From a virus (lineage: Duplodnaviria > Caudoviricetes), in IMG/VR virus record IMGVR_UViG_3300032295_001098, positions 30,978 through 94,977 of that record: a stretch of DNA of 64,000 nt; one strand, written 5' to 3'. This document shows positions 26,701 to 36,444 of the stretch, one piece after another. Every line of letters begins with the position of its first letter. Position 1 is the first letter of the stretch. The position numbers and the translations under genes were made by a program. The notes below the pieces were generated by a model. That model saw only the letters and a program-made list of their open reading frames with translations, searched no databases and was not told the origin of the DNA.

Positions 26701-28298
26701 TCAAACATAAGTTGATACTTAGGTTGCCCGCTCACGGTACCAAGCATTGTAACTGGAAGGATCTGGGGAAGCAAACGCTCAATTGCGCTTTGTGTCTTCT
26801 GACGGTTCGTTGTATAAATTGAATAAGAAGCCTGTTCTGTACCAGACCACTTGTAGTCAGAACTAAAACCTTGGTACAAGAACCCACCAAAAACGGTATC
26901 CCCGTCAAAGAACTGCCCAACCTTATTTGGTTCAACCATCCAACGAGATAGTGTTACAGATTGATTAGCACTAAGTTTAAACAAAAATACAGGTCGGTTG
27001 CTTCCCGACGCCACTGACGTCATTGGGTAGGCAACACGGTTAGCGGCGCTTACAGGGACGCTTGCCCCAGCAGTCGTGGCTGACCAATCTGACCATGAAG
27101 CACCAGACGACCAGTAACCACCATAGACAACCTCTGGTGCTTGGCTAAATTCCCCAGACATGTAGTAAGTACGGGTTGCTTCCATAACCACTGCTGTCTT
27201 ACACATAACAGCAACCTGGGTAGCAGTCGCACCAGCCGTTATTGTGATGCCTTCAGTAGGAGTGGTGCTAACTGTTACAGAGTTTTCAGAATAGACAGCC
27301 CATGTAGATCCCGAAGCACCCACAAAACGTGGGTCGGCAATAAGGTTTGCTCGCTCTGCGTGTACTGCAAAGGTGTAATAAGGAGCGGATGCTCCAGTAA
27401 AGACAGTGACGTCTCCGCCACTTACTGCTGTGACATAGTCTTTGGTTGCCTCAAGGGTTCCTTTGTTTTTACGAAGGTACCCAATGTCATGTAATAACGC
27501 ACGAGTTCTTGATACACCGATGTCAGAAACACCAATCTCCAGACCAAGCATCTTTGCCAGTTCGTTAACTGCCTCGGCTTCAGCCAATAATGGGTCATAC
27601 TGGACCATCATGGTGTCAATAAGCGTACGGCTTCGGTCTAACTCAAATCCAAAAGTATCAATAAAGCGTTCTAACTGTGTGTCATTTGCTTCATCCTGCT
27701 CACGGTAGTACTTAGGGATTCTTCTCCACATCTCATCCCGTGATCCATAATCTTTAGGAACAATTAGTTCAAGTTCAGACAGTAACTCATAGTGGTATGT
27801 ACCGCTTGTTCCTTCAGTGTTGTAATAAACAAACAAAGAATAATACGCCCATTTACCAGTTGCTGGTTCATTTTCGTACACAATTCCTTGGTCAGTTGTG
27901 ATCGCAATACTTTCTTGATGAAGGTAACTATTGTCAGTACCTTGGTAGATGAGTTTGCCATCAGTCACAGTTTGTGGGTAGCCAGTTTTTGAATAAACTA
28001 TTGCAACATTAAGGATTCCAGACTCACCAACACCAATATCAGCAAGTTCTGAATATGTCTCTGTCAATGTCCAATTTAAAAGAACAGCAGTGTACTCAAT
28101 AGCAGTTGCTTCAAATGTTGATTCTGGAGTTGTTGGGATAACAGTAATAATGTCTTTTGAACGGATTGCCGAGTCTTGGTCAAACGACGATGCCCCAGCG
28201 GTTGCTTGAATATCGCTTGTACCTCTTACAAACGAACCAACACCAACGACGTCTCCAGAGACAATTGGACGCCTAAGTCTAAATGATTTGCGTGCCAT
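26676..28298 (-). CDS. Baseplate wedge/tail protein (P2 gpI-like) with C-terminal carbohydrate-binding-like domain
   Basis: IPKYYR..D...LERFIDTFGFELD, LAKMLG, KGTLE; NLIADPRF; FFDGD. Confidence 0.75.
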   Translation of the reverse strand: MARKSFRLRRPIVSGDVVGVGSFVRGTSDIQATAGASSFDQDSAIRSKDIITVIPTTPESTFEATAIEYTAVLLNWTLTETYSELADIGVGESGILNVAIVYSKTGYPQTVTDGKLIYQGTDNSYLHQESIAITTDQGIVYENEPATGKWAYYSLFVYYNTEGTSGTYHYELLSELELIVPKDYGSRDEMWRRIPKYYREQDEANDTQLERFIDTFGFELDRSRTLIDTMMVQYDPLLAEAEAVNELAKMLGLEIGVSDIGVSRTRALLHDIGYLRKNKGTLEATKDYVTAVSGGDVTVFTGASAPYYTFAVHAERANLIADPRFVGASGSTWAVYSENSVTVSTTPTEGITITAGATATQVAVMCKTAVVMEATRTYYMSGEFSQAPEVVYGGYWSSGASWSDWSATTAGASVPVSAANRVAYPMTSVASGSNRPVFLFKLSANQSVTLSRWMVEPNKVGQFFDGDTVFGGFLYQGFSSDYKWSGTEQASYSIYTTNRQKTQSAIERLLPQILPVTMLGTVSGQPKYQLMFDWIPGKAL

Positions 28299-28301
28299 TT
28301 A

Positions 28302-29876
28302 TTAGCCTCCTGAAGCGACAATACCACCACTAGGTGTAATGGTAAAGGTTGAGGATGGAGCAATAGTTAGTAGCGATGTGCTTGGAGCAACAACTCCAGT
28401 AAACCCACCACTACTATCAATTACGTTTCCGCTTGTTGTAGTAAACCTAGTCACTACTGCGTAGTCCACACCTGGAATGTCAAGAACAGTTCGGTACAAG
28501 GTACCAAGTGATACCCTGCTACCAAAGTCCATGTTGTCAAATGAGAATAATGCACGTATTGCCGTTTTTACATTGTCGTTTACTGCTTCTTGGATATACC
28601 CGTTTTGAACTTGTACGGTTGCAACAACATTGACTTTTGTTAAACTAACTGAGGCTCCTACGTTTGAAGTAGCAAATACAATTTCACGTGGTTCTAGGTA
28701 GTCAATAATTTCTTGTTTTTTAATTGTGTCAATTGCAACTGTTAGTGCAGAACCATAATCAGATGGTTCTTCCATAGCCAGAATTTGCACTACGTTACTA
28801 CCGTCAACATAAGCAGTTGATCGTACAATTCCAGGAATACGCTTTACAATATCTTTGTAATCTTGCAAAGATACAGCACGGTCTTGTGTTCTAAAAGTTG
28901 TAGGGATGTTGGCTTTCAAAGAAGCCATTGATTCAATGTCAACACCACCAGCCGCCGCAGAAGTATTTGGGATCACAACTAACCCATCAAGAGATGGTTT
29001 ACTTGGAACAGTGGTGCTTTCCAATGTAGTGATTGAACCAACTGCTACGTTTCCAGAAGCACCACGACTACGTCGGTATTCAATAGTTATTGAAGAGTTA
29101 GTCGTTGGTATCTTTCCGTTAATACCATTTCCAAAAGAAACAATAGTGTAGTTATCGGCATCAATGTCAACAGTAAATATATTTGAACTACTACCTCCAT
29201 CAATAATTCGTGAGGCATACGCATAGCGAATATCTGATGAATCAGTACCTTCTCCAACGTTTACTACAATACTGGTAGTTACTACACCACTTTGACGTAA
29301 AGTGATTTGTTGACCAGAAAGACCTGTAGCCGTGTATGTTTCTGTGAAGCGCTCACCTTCTGTAACACCAACAGAAACAGTTGTTGTCTTTGGGTATGTT
29401 ACATACGTAACTCCATCAGAGACTAAGTTTGCGCTTGCTCCAGATACAGTGCCCACAAAAGCAATTGGATTGTTTAAAGTAAAAATGACACTTGTTGAGG
29501 TGTCTACCAATGGGGATGCTACAAAGCGGGTGTACTGAGGGATATAAATTGGAGTTGCATCAGTGGCGGTTGTTGCCGAAGCATTTAATTGAATAACAGC
29601 CGTTGCTGAACGACGGCCCGATGGTACGTAGTCTAAAAGGTTGGCAATAGCCAAAACGCTTTCACGTTGTGTAGCGGTTCCAAGAAACGCTTCACCAGCC
29701 GCACGGTCCACATAAAAATGCAAAACGTCTCCCATGTATGACCATAGGTCAACCATGACCATACCGAAGTCTGAAGACTCACGTGATGTCCATTCAGGGA
29801 TTTGTGTAGAAGCACGTGCAAGCAAGTCTGCTTGAATAGACGTGTAATCACGACTTGTGTAATCAAAAGTGGTCAT
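28302..29876 (-). CDS. Baseplate J / gp6-like wedge protein
   Basis: DYTSRDY, PEWT..SDFG, FGNGINGKIP, GGVDIES, QDRAVSLQDY. Confidence 0.92.
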   Translation of the reverse strand: MTTFDYTSRDYTSIQADLLARASTQIPEWTSRESSDFGMVMVDLWSYMGDVLHFYVDRAAGEAFLGTATQRESVLAIANLLDYVPSGRRSATAVIQLNASATTATDATPIYIPQYTRFVASPLVDTSTSVIFTLNNPIAFVGTVSGASANLVSDGVTYVTYPKTTTVSVGVTEGERFTETYTATGLSGQQITLRQSGVVTTSIVVNVGEGTDSSDIRYAYASRIIDGGSSSNIFTVDIDADNYTIVSFGNGINGKIPTTNSSITIEYRRSRGASGNVAVGSITTLESTTVPSKPSLDGLVVIPNTSAAAGGVDIESMASLKANIPTTFRTQDRAVSLQDYKDIVKRIPGIVRSTAYVDGSNVVQILAMEEPSDYGSALTVAIDTIKKQEIIDYLEPREIVFATSNVGASVSLTKVNVVATVQVQNGYIQEAVNDNVKTAIRALFSFDNMDFGSRVSLGTLYRTVLDIPGVDYAVVTRFTTTSGNVIDSSGGFTGVVAPSTSLLTIAPSSTFTITPSGGIVASGG

Positions 29877-30286
29877 ATAAAAGACTCCTCAGTGAGGCCA
29901 GTGGGGGTTGCTATTTTAAAAGAAAAGATTCGGTTGCTAGACAAAGCCATACTGTATTGGACTTTGATTTCAATAACTACGGATGGGTCTTCATCTACAT
30001 ATGGAGTTTCTGCTGGCTGTATTAACATGTTTGTTACGTTAGCCATACTTAATTGTTTATTTAATTCCATTAATGCGTCTGTTTTAAACTCACCATAAAC
30101 TAAATCGTCCACTGGCTCATAGAGTAACTGGGTGGCACCAGCACCATATGTTGGTCTCATGACTCGTTCAAATTTAGAGGTTGTTAGCACATCAATGATC
30201 TGCTGTTCCACAATTCGTTCAGGGGTGTTGGTTTTAGCAATTCTTCCTGAAGAATCAATTCTAAATGGTGTGTAAATGGATGGCAT
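29873..30286 (-). CDS. Baseplate gp25/GPW-like protein
   Basis: LTTSKFERVMRPTYG....LLYEP. Confidence 0.88.
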   Translation of the reverse strand: MPSIYTPFRIDSSGRIAKTNTPERIVEQQIIDVLTTSKFERVMRPTYGAGATQLLYEPVDDLVYGEFKTDALMELNKQLSMANVTNMLIQPAETPYVDEDPSVVIEIKVQYSMALSSNRIFSFKIATPTGLTEESFI

Positions 30287-30288
30287 AG

Positions 30289-30579
30289 TTACCTAAATAC
30301 TCCTAAAAAGAGGGCGTCTATTTGAGGTTGTAGAGCAGTTGTTGCTTCTGGGGAAACCTGTACCCAAAACACATTAGTAAGGTTAGCGTCGTCAGCAGTG
30401 ACTACTATTTGTGAACCGATTGATGGAACAGACCAGACTCCATTGTACGCTGTTCTACCGATATAGGAAATGGGTATGTTGCCACTAACGCCAGTAAGCA
30501 AAGGGACACGAACCTTGATTTCTCCAGTAGTACTATCAGAATATGTAACAGTTCCTCGGTATACAGGATGATCAAGCAT
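30289..30579 (-). CDS. Baseplate spike-like OB-fold protein (short gpV/gp5 N-domain)
   Basis: YRGTV.....GEIKVRVP....VPSIGSQIVV. Confidence 0.7.
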   Translation of the reverse strand: MLDHPVYRGTVTYSDSTTGEIKVRVPLLTGVSGNIPISYIGRTAYNGVWSVPSIGSQIVVTADDANLTNVFWVQVSPEATTALQPQIDALFLGVFR

Positions 30580-31741
30580 AAACGTCCCCGTAAGCCTTAG
30601 AAGCCCTCCAAGTATTGTCAGATAACGATGGGGTTGGGGGTTGGGTGTACGCCGATACGGGCTGTACTTCTGGGTTCATACCATTTGTAGAATCTGTGGA
30701 GATAGTCAATTCTGTAAGGAAGTTTGACCTAGTCACAGTATGTTTTACTGACCTTACAATCCAATACCCATCAAAGTTAGAGTCATAGTTGTCAATTTTG
30801 GCAATGGATCCAGGAACAGGGTCTGGGATACCAGTAACTGTAACTTTGGCGTTGTAGGGGTATCGTTTACGTACAGCAGCATTTGAAAACTTATTTAACA
30901 TCTCTACTGAAGAAACGTTGGTATGTACAGTAGTTGTATACCGAGATGGTACTACTTCACCTAACTTGCTGTAGTTAGTATCGTCAGTTGAGGCGGTTAC
31001 GGGTTTACCTGAGGAATCAATACCGATGTATTCAAAACGATTGGAGTTACCTTCTGGGGTTACATCACCAAAGGTCCCTGTGAATTCCATAATACGCCCT
31101 GGTAGGTACACAGGATCCCCCGATGCCCCACGTACTGTAAGCAGTTCTACGTAAGGTAATTTACGACCAAGAGCCTTATAAGGATCATACACATGTATGT
31201 GCGTACCATTGGTCGTTATCGCATAACCTAAAGATGTGCAGGTATCTTTAAGAAAAGCCCAGTCAGATTTTTGATTTTGCAACAACCTAGTCCATACAAA
31301 GTAATCAGATGGTACGGAATAAGAATAATTATAAGTAGAGGACAATGTTTCAACAATGTTAGGAATAGTTGCATTTTCCCAAACTTTGTTTTTATTATTA
31401 GTCATGTCGTAACTTGCGCCAAAACAAACAACAGTTGCTGATTGCACTGGACTGTTATTAACAAGACCTTGTCGTGTAATCATTTCTGGTTCTACATATG
31501 TAACATACCCATAAAAGGTCGTGGTTTGGGCAGGACTAACTGCTATTGAAATATAAACAGGGGCACCAACATACTCAGTAATTGCTTTTGGCAAAAGCCC
31601 TACAAAATCAATAGTTGCCATATCATGCTGGTTTTCACTAATATCAATAGATACCGTTTGAATAGAGGTGTAATCCACCGATACCCCGCTTAACACTACG
31701 GTTACGTCTGGGGCATTTGGAAACTTATTCTTAAATATCAT
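30572..31741 (-). CDS. Baseplate hub (gpD/gp27-like)
   Basis: FYGYV, Q..KSDWAFL...LGY, FDGYWIVRSVKH. Confidence 0.85.
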   Translation of the reverse strand: MIFKNKFPNAPDVTVVLSGVSVDYTSIQTVSIDISENQHDMATIDFVGLLPKAITEYVGAPVYISIAVSPAQTTTFYGYVTYVEPEMITRQGLVNNSPVQSATVVCFGASYDMTNNKNKVWENATIPNIVETLSSTYNYSYSVPSDYFVWTRLLQNQKSDWAFLKDTCTSLGYAITTNGTHIHVYDPYKALGRKLPYVELLTVRGASGDPVYLPGRIMEFTGTFGDVTPEGNSNRFEYIGIDSSGKPVTASTDDTNYSKLGEVVPSRYTTTVHTNVSSVEMLNKFSNAAVRKRYPYNAKVTVTGIPDPVPGSIAKIDNYDSNFDGYWIVRSVKHTVTRSNFLTELTISTDSTNGMNPEVQPVSAYTQPPTPSLSDNTWRASKAYGDVYA

Positions 31742-31986
31742 GACGGGATTCTAAGTTGAGTACCCACTGGTATTTCATTAGGGAACTTAACCTGAGGGTT
31801 AAGATTAGCAATACGCCAATATTGACGTGGGTCACGATAAATACGAGTAGCAATTGTATCTAATGTATCTCCCGCCTTAGACACATATGAAGTGTATCGC
31901 TCAGATGATATTGGTTTAGTTACAGCAATGAGTACGGAAGTTGTTGGATCTTTATAAGTGGTGTAGCGAGATGAAGAATCAAGCAT
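31738..31986 (-). CDS. LysM / tail X baseplate protein
   Basis: GDTLDTIATRIYRDPRQYWRIANLNP...GTQLRIP. Confidence 0.88.
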   Translation of the reverse strand: MLDSSSRYTTYKDPTTSVLIAVTKPISSERYTSYVSKAGDTLDTIATRIYRDPRQYWRIANLNPQVKFPNEIPVGTQLRIPS

Positions 31987-33586
31987 TGTTTCTTTCCTTT
32001 GCTATTAAATCATCATTCAAAATTGCTGTTTGTAGATCCTTAGAGATATACCAAGTTTCATTAAAAGTAACAGTTTTATTTGCTTTTGCTATTTGGTTAG
32101 CATCTACATCTCCCCCAGAAGCACCACTAAGATGATAAAGAATTTTAATGTCTATTTCATACTTAGCATTTGATGCTCTATCCAATAATTTACCAGGATC
32201 GGGTGTTGGGTTTGTTATGTTATATGTAACCGCATTTCGTCCATTTTTAATTTTAGACATATCAAAATCTGCATTAATGCTATCTCGGTGTACTACTTCA
32301 TTTAATGTGTACCCGCCAGAAGGAGAGCCACTTGTCTTTCCTTTATAAGTAACAGTAAATTGTAAAGTGGAACTTACTGTTCCAAGATTACCTTTAGCAA
32401 AGTTCTTAAAGTTCTCAGTAGGTAAAAATATGATTTCTAAAGCAGACACCCCATCACCATCAATATCAAAAATACGATCAGGGTTTAACTTGTTTTTATC
32501 TATGTTGGTAATTAAAAAATCGCTAAATAAGTTATTACCATAACCCTTTAGTGCTTTGTTTTGAGCAACATCTCCTGCTACTGCTGTTATTCTTTCTTTT
32601 TCTTGGTCTTTAAACAACTGTGTTAAGTATGTGTCCTTATTAGCAAAGCCAATGTACATTGCTTGCATTTGTACATCAATCTGGCACTGCGTAGGGACCA
32701 TTGATGCATTAAATTTATTAAACATAACTGTTGTGCTGGTAACAAAGCCTTCAACCATAAAACTTGAAGAGAATACTACACGTATTGGTTGTGCAACTAA
32801 AAATGCTGAGTTACCAATATTTGTTCCTAAGAACGTTGTTGCTTTGTTAAAGTCCACTTTAATTTCTTGGTCCGCTTGGTCTTTAGTTCCAGCATCCTCT
32901 GATACACCCCTGTTGTAAGCAACCGTGGCTTCCTCTGCTTTTTTAATAATACTTTGAATGAGGTCTTTGTTCATACCTTGACCAATGATCTGATCAAAAA
33001 CCATGAGGTCAGCCAGCACTCCAATGTCTGTTACCCATGATTGTGTGTAATCGGCATCTTCAAAAGAAGTAGTGCTTTTTAAAGATGGGTGACCAGCATT
33101 TGGGTTTGTTGTACGAACAGTTCTTGCAAGTTTTGCAACTTTATTACTTCTTACTACAGCACCGTTTGAGTCTTTGTAAGAGGCTGACGCAACTTCTGCT
33201 TCTCGGTTAAACAACAATTGAAATGAAAAGTTTGAGTCACCTGGAATAGGTTGCGTAAATTGAAATGGATCTTGGTTCTGCCACATTTGAATATCATTAC
33301 GTGCAGTAACTTGACGTGTCAAAGTGTCTGGGTTGAATTGAAAATGTAACCTTCTTTTACCTAATGCAATAGAGGTTTCATCAGTACCATACGCTTCGGT
33401 AATCATGCGCATGTAGCCACGTTTTACACTGATGTCACCTTGCTTACCTACGACAGCATTTTTATTAACTGACTTAGGCCAAAGAAATAATGGGTTGTCT
33501 TTTGAAGTGTTATTTCCAAAAGAACCAATCTTTTCCTCATATGAAGAAAAGTTATAAAACTGGTTTGTTGCATAACGATCAGCCAT
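31979..33586 (-). CDS. Tail tube initiator-like baseplate protein
   Basis: LHFQFNPDTL, FQLLFNR, VEGFVTS..V.F.KF...MVP..C.I; lies directly after the tape measure. Confidence 0.65.
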   Translation of the reverse strand: MADRYATNQFYNFSSYEEKIGSFGNNTSKDNPLFLWPKSVNKNAVVGKQGDISVKRGYMRMITEAYGTDETSIALGKRRLHFQFNPDTLTRQVTARNDIQMWQNQDPFQFTQPIPGDSNFSFQLLFNREAEVASASYKDSNGAVVRSNKVAKLARTVRTTNPNAGHPSLKSTTSFEDADYTQSWVTDIGVLADLMVFDQIIGQGMNKDLIQSIIKKAEEATVAYNRGVSEDAGTKDQADQEIKVDFNKATTFLGTNIGNSAFLVAQPIRVVFSSSFMVEGFVTSTTVMFNKFNASMVPTQCQIDVQMQAMYIGFANKDTYLTQLFKDQEKERITAVAGDVAQNKALKGYGNNLFSDFLITNIDKNKLNPDRIFDIDGDGVSALEIIFLPTENFKNFAKGNLGTVSSTLQFTVTYKGKTSGSPSGGYTLNEVVHRDSINADFDMSKIKNGRNAVTYNITNPTPDPGKLLDRASNAKYEIDIKILYHLSGASGGDVDANQIAKANKTVTFNETWYISKDLQTAILNDDLIAKERNNA

Positions 33587-36291
33587 TAGTAACTCCTCAT
33601 AGCGGCACGCTTAAGATCTTGGGTCATTAGTTTGGCAACTTCCTGAGCGGCACGGTGTGCATCAGCACTGTTATTACCAGCGCTCTGAATGTATATATTA
33701 GGTGCAATAGTGATGCCCCCACCTGAAACTACAGTAGTTCCGCCACCACCACTTCTCATTGGTGTGGTTGGATCTCCTGTTGTAGGAAGGTTCATGCTTT
33801 GAGCAATTTGCTTGCTCTGAGTCATCTTTGCTGGATCAATACCATTCTTCCAGTCACCCTTAACACTCCATGGTGACAAGTTCCCACCGCCATACGTAAT
33901 ACGTGCGGCTTTAACGTTTGTTTTTGGGTCAAATAGTTCACTGTCTTCAGCAATGCCAAAATACTTACGTCGGGCTTCTCCTAAGTTGCCTTTCATATTT
34001 ATTTGAAATAGTCCGTATGAGTCATCAACAGGGCCTACGTTGCGTACCGAAGGTATCCAACGTGATTCTCTATGGGAAATGGCAAGCATCTTCCAAATGT
34101 CTTCTTTTTTAAATCCACGATTTAATAGCATTTGTGCAATGCTTCTTGGATCCATTGGACTTCCAGTGGTGACAGATCCAGAATTCTGTGTTGAAGTGCT
34201 GGAAGAACCAAGGACACGGGGACGACGCACCGTAGACATCCTTCCGCTACCGCCTCCACCACCAACGCCACGGAAGGCTGATACTTGTTCGCTCATGGAC
34301 ATCTGACTATAAGAAGGGACAGATCCACCGCCGCCACTGCCACCGCCACTTGACTTCATTAAAGCATCAGAGACACCACCGTCCGAAGACATTCCTTCAA
34401 ACTTGCTGTTTGGATCAAAACTTTCTGCTCCAGCAATCGTTCCCCATGGGGCACCTGCTTTTTCATATTGCCTTCTGCTATTTGGAAGTTCTGCTGGTTG
34501 TACGTGCCAAGGCTCATTGTTAACATCCGCAAATGTCTTTAGACCATACTTAGCCGCATTTTGCTGCACCCATTGCAAGTCACCTGTGAGGTCAGCCGCC
34601 AAACCAATTTCGTGCATAGACATTCCTGGAGGAGCCGCATCTGCAACTCCAGAGTTCTTTTTCCAATATGCACCATCCCAAAACGTTCCTGTTTTCTCTG
34701 ATGTGCGTGAGTACCTTGACAAGAACAAAGTGCGTTGTTGAGCACTTGAACGGAAGCCACCACCAACAGAAACATTGGGGTTATCTTGCATCATCTTTTC
34801 AAGACGCTGTCTAAACGTAGTATTTAAACTATTTAAAGAAGATGAAGTTTTTCTAGTAGTGCTTACAGTTGCACCTTTATTATTACTCTTTGCTTCAGTA
34901 CCATCACCTGAAGTAAACGCACCACCAGCCAGTCCTAAACCAGCAGACGCCATACCAATACCAAGAGGAGCACCAACACCAGTAAACCCAACCATTGCTC
35001 CACCAGCAATTAGCCCTAACCCAGCAACTCCTTTAAGTGCTCGGGCGGCAATAGACCCACGAGTAGATATACGTGAACCAATAAGTCCAGATGCCAACTC
35101 TTCCATGGTCGTTTGCAACTTGATCAATGCTTGAGTGTTCTGTTCCATCGTTGCAAGATTGTCTTTTTGACGGTTGTAATACTTCTCATCACGCAGTTCA
35201 GATAGACGAGTAGTCTCTTCACGTTGTGTAGCAAAGTTGGCTTCAATGCCCATGGTTTGTCGTTGAGACTTATTCTCAGGGTTATACATACCCTGCTTGC
35301 CACCAGTTTTATTTTGAAACTGTAAGTTTGATTGAGCGTATTGAAGAACCATGTTTTGCATGTCTTCAGGTACACCCATAGCACTCAAACGAGCACGAGT
35401 CATAGATCCTTGTTGCATGGCTCCCTGAACCATGCGGGCATTAGTTAGTCCAGCACCACGAGTAATGCTTTGGATAACCTCGGTCATTGAACGTTGCTTA
35501 CCGCCAACGCCATACAACCCAGTTCCAAGAGTCATGCTCATACGATTGTTTACTTGTGGTGACGCCAATGTTGTTAGCATCTGAGCCATCTGGTCAGTGC
35601 TGTACGCATAACCAGTAGCGGCTCGTAACCCCGCTACAGAACTTGCTTGCCCACTAGCCTGGATTCCTGTTTGTGCTTGGAGCGATAAAAGACTGTTAAT
35701 ACCACCAGCACCAAGTCGTGCACCTTGTAATGGTCTACGTAATTGGTTGTAGTACTGCTGTTGGCTGATACCTTGTGTCTGCTGGTATAGAACAGCCAAT
35801 TGGTCGTTCTGCAACATCTTTGGGTACGCAGAGTTAGTGCGTGCATCCATAGCACCGAGTATCTGCCCACCTGCTCGCATTGCAGAATCTGCTATACCTG
35901 CATAACCACCAGCAGCACTAAGCCCACCACGCATGTTGGCAAAGAAACCACCACCGCCTCCGCCCATAGCGGCGGCTGAGGCAATAGGAGCGCTACCAAC
36001 TTGTGCTTTGGATGCCGCAACTGCTTGTGCAATAGCACCACCTGAAGTAGTTGCGGATGTAGGGGAAGCGCCAGTCTTACCAGTTGCGTTTTTAAGTGCG
36101 TTTGCAAAAGCATTAATCTGCGCAGTTGCTTTATCTAAGCGTGCAGAGAACTTATCAACAAGTTTAGGAACTTGGGCAAGTGTTAAAGCGGCGTCACCTT
36201 TACCTGCTGTTGGTGCAGGAACAAACGAATCAACGGCAGAGCCACCAAACGCCCCACCACCAATGTTCGCTTCATTAGGCATTTCCGCCAT
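33586..36291 (-). CDS. Tape measure protein with M15 peptidase and SLT lytic transglycosylase domains
   Basis: Ala/Gly-rich helical body; GFRS..QQ..L...APPGMSMHEIGLAADL..EPWHVQ; AISHRESRW...DSYGLFQIN. Confidence 0.9.
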   Translation of the reverse strand: MAEMPNEANIGGGAFGGSAVDSFVPAPTAGKGDAALTLAQVPKLVDKFSARLDKATAQINAFANALKNATGKTGASPTSATTSGGAIAQAVAASKAQVGSAPIASAAAMGGGGGGFFANMRGGLSAAGGYAGIADSAMRAGGQILGAMDARTNSAYPKMLQNDQLAVLYQQTQGISQQQYYNQLRRPLQGARLGAGGINSLLSLQAQTGIQASGQASSVAGLRAATGYAYSTDQMAQMLTTLASPQVNNRMSMTLGTGLYGVGGKQRSMTEVIQSITRGAGLTNARMVQGAMQQGSMTRARLSAMGVPEDMQNMVLQYAQSNLQFQNKTGGKQGMYNPENKSQRQTMGIEANFATQREETTRLSELRDEKYYNRQKDNLATMEQNTQALIKLQTTMEELASGLIGSRISTRGSIAARALKGVAGLGLIAGGAMVGFTGVGAPLGIGMASAGLGLAGGAFTSGDGTEAKSNNKGATVSTTRKTSSSLNSLNTTFRQRLEKMMQDNPNVSVGGGFRSSAQQRTLFLSRYSRTSEKTGTFWDGAYWKKNSGVADAAPPGMSMHEIGLAADLTGDLQWVQQNAAKYGLKTFADVNNEPWHVQPAELPNSRRQYEKAGAPWGTIAGAESFDPNSKFEGMSSDGGVSDALMKSSGGGSGGGGSVPSYSQMSMSEQVSAFRGVGGGGGSGRMSTVRRPRVLGSSSTSTQNSGSVTTGSPMDPRSIAQMLLNRGFKKEDIWKMLAISHRESRWIPSVRNVGPVDDSYGLFQINMKGNLGEARRKYFGIAEDSELFDPKTNVKAARITYGGGNLSPWSVKGDWKNGIDPAKMTQSKQIAQSMNLPTTGDPTTPMRSGGGGTTVVSGGGITIAPNIYIQSAGNNSADAHRAAQEVAKLMTQDLKRAAMRSY

Positions 36292-36294
36292 ACG

Positions 36295-36444
36295 TCAGTC
36301 TCCAGATTTACGCCATTTGCCCATTGCAGACCAGTAGCGCCTTTGGCGTACCGTCATATTTTGTAAGTCAGTGAGCGTGAAGCCCTTGTAAACCGTGGCG
36401 ATCAGATCGTATTCCCAGTATATATGAGTTAGATTAACCAAATA
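36295..36444 (-). CDS. Tail assembly chaperone C-terminal extension (gpGT-like), reached by frameshift
   Basis: YLVNLTHIYWEYDLIATVYKGFTLTDLQNMTVRQRRYWSAMGKWRKSGD* in the +1 frame over CCCTTTTA. Confidence 0.75.
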   Translation of the reverse strand, partial: YLVNLTHIYWEYDLIATVYKGFTLTDLQNMTVRQRRYWSAMGKWRKSGD

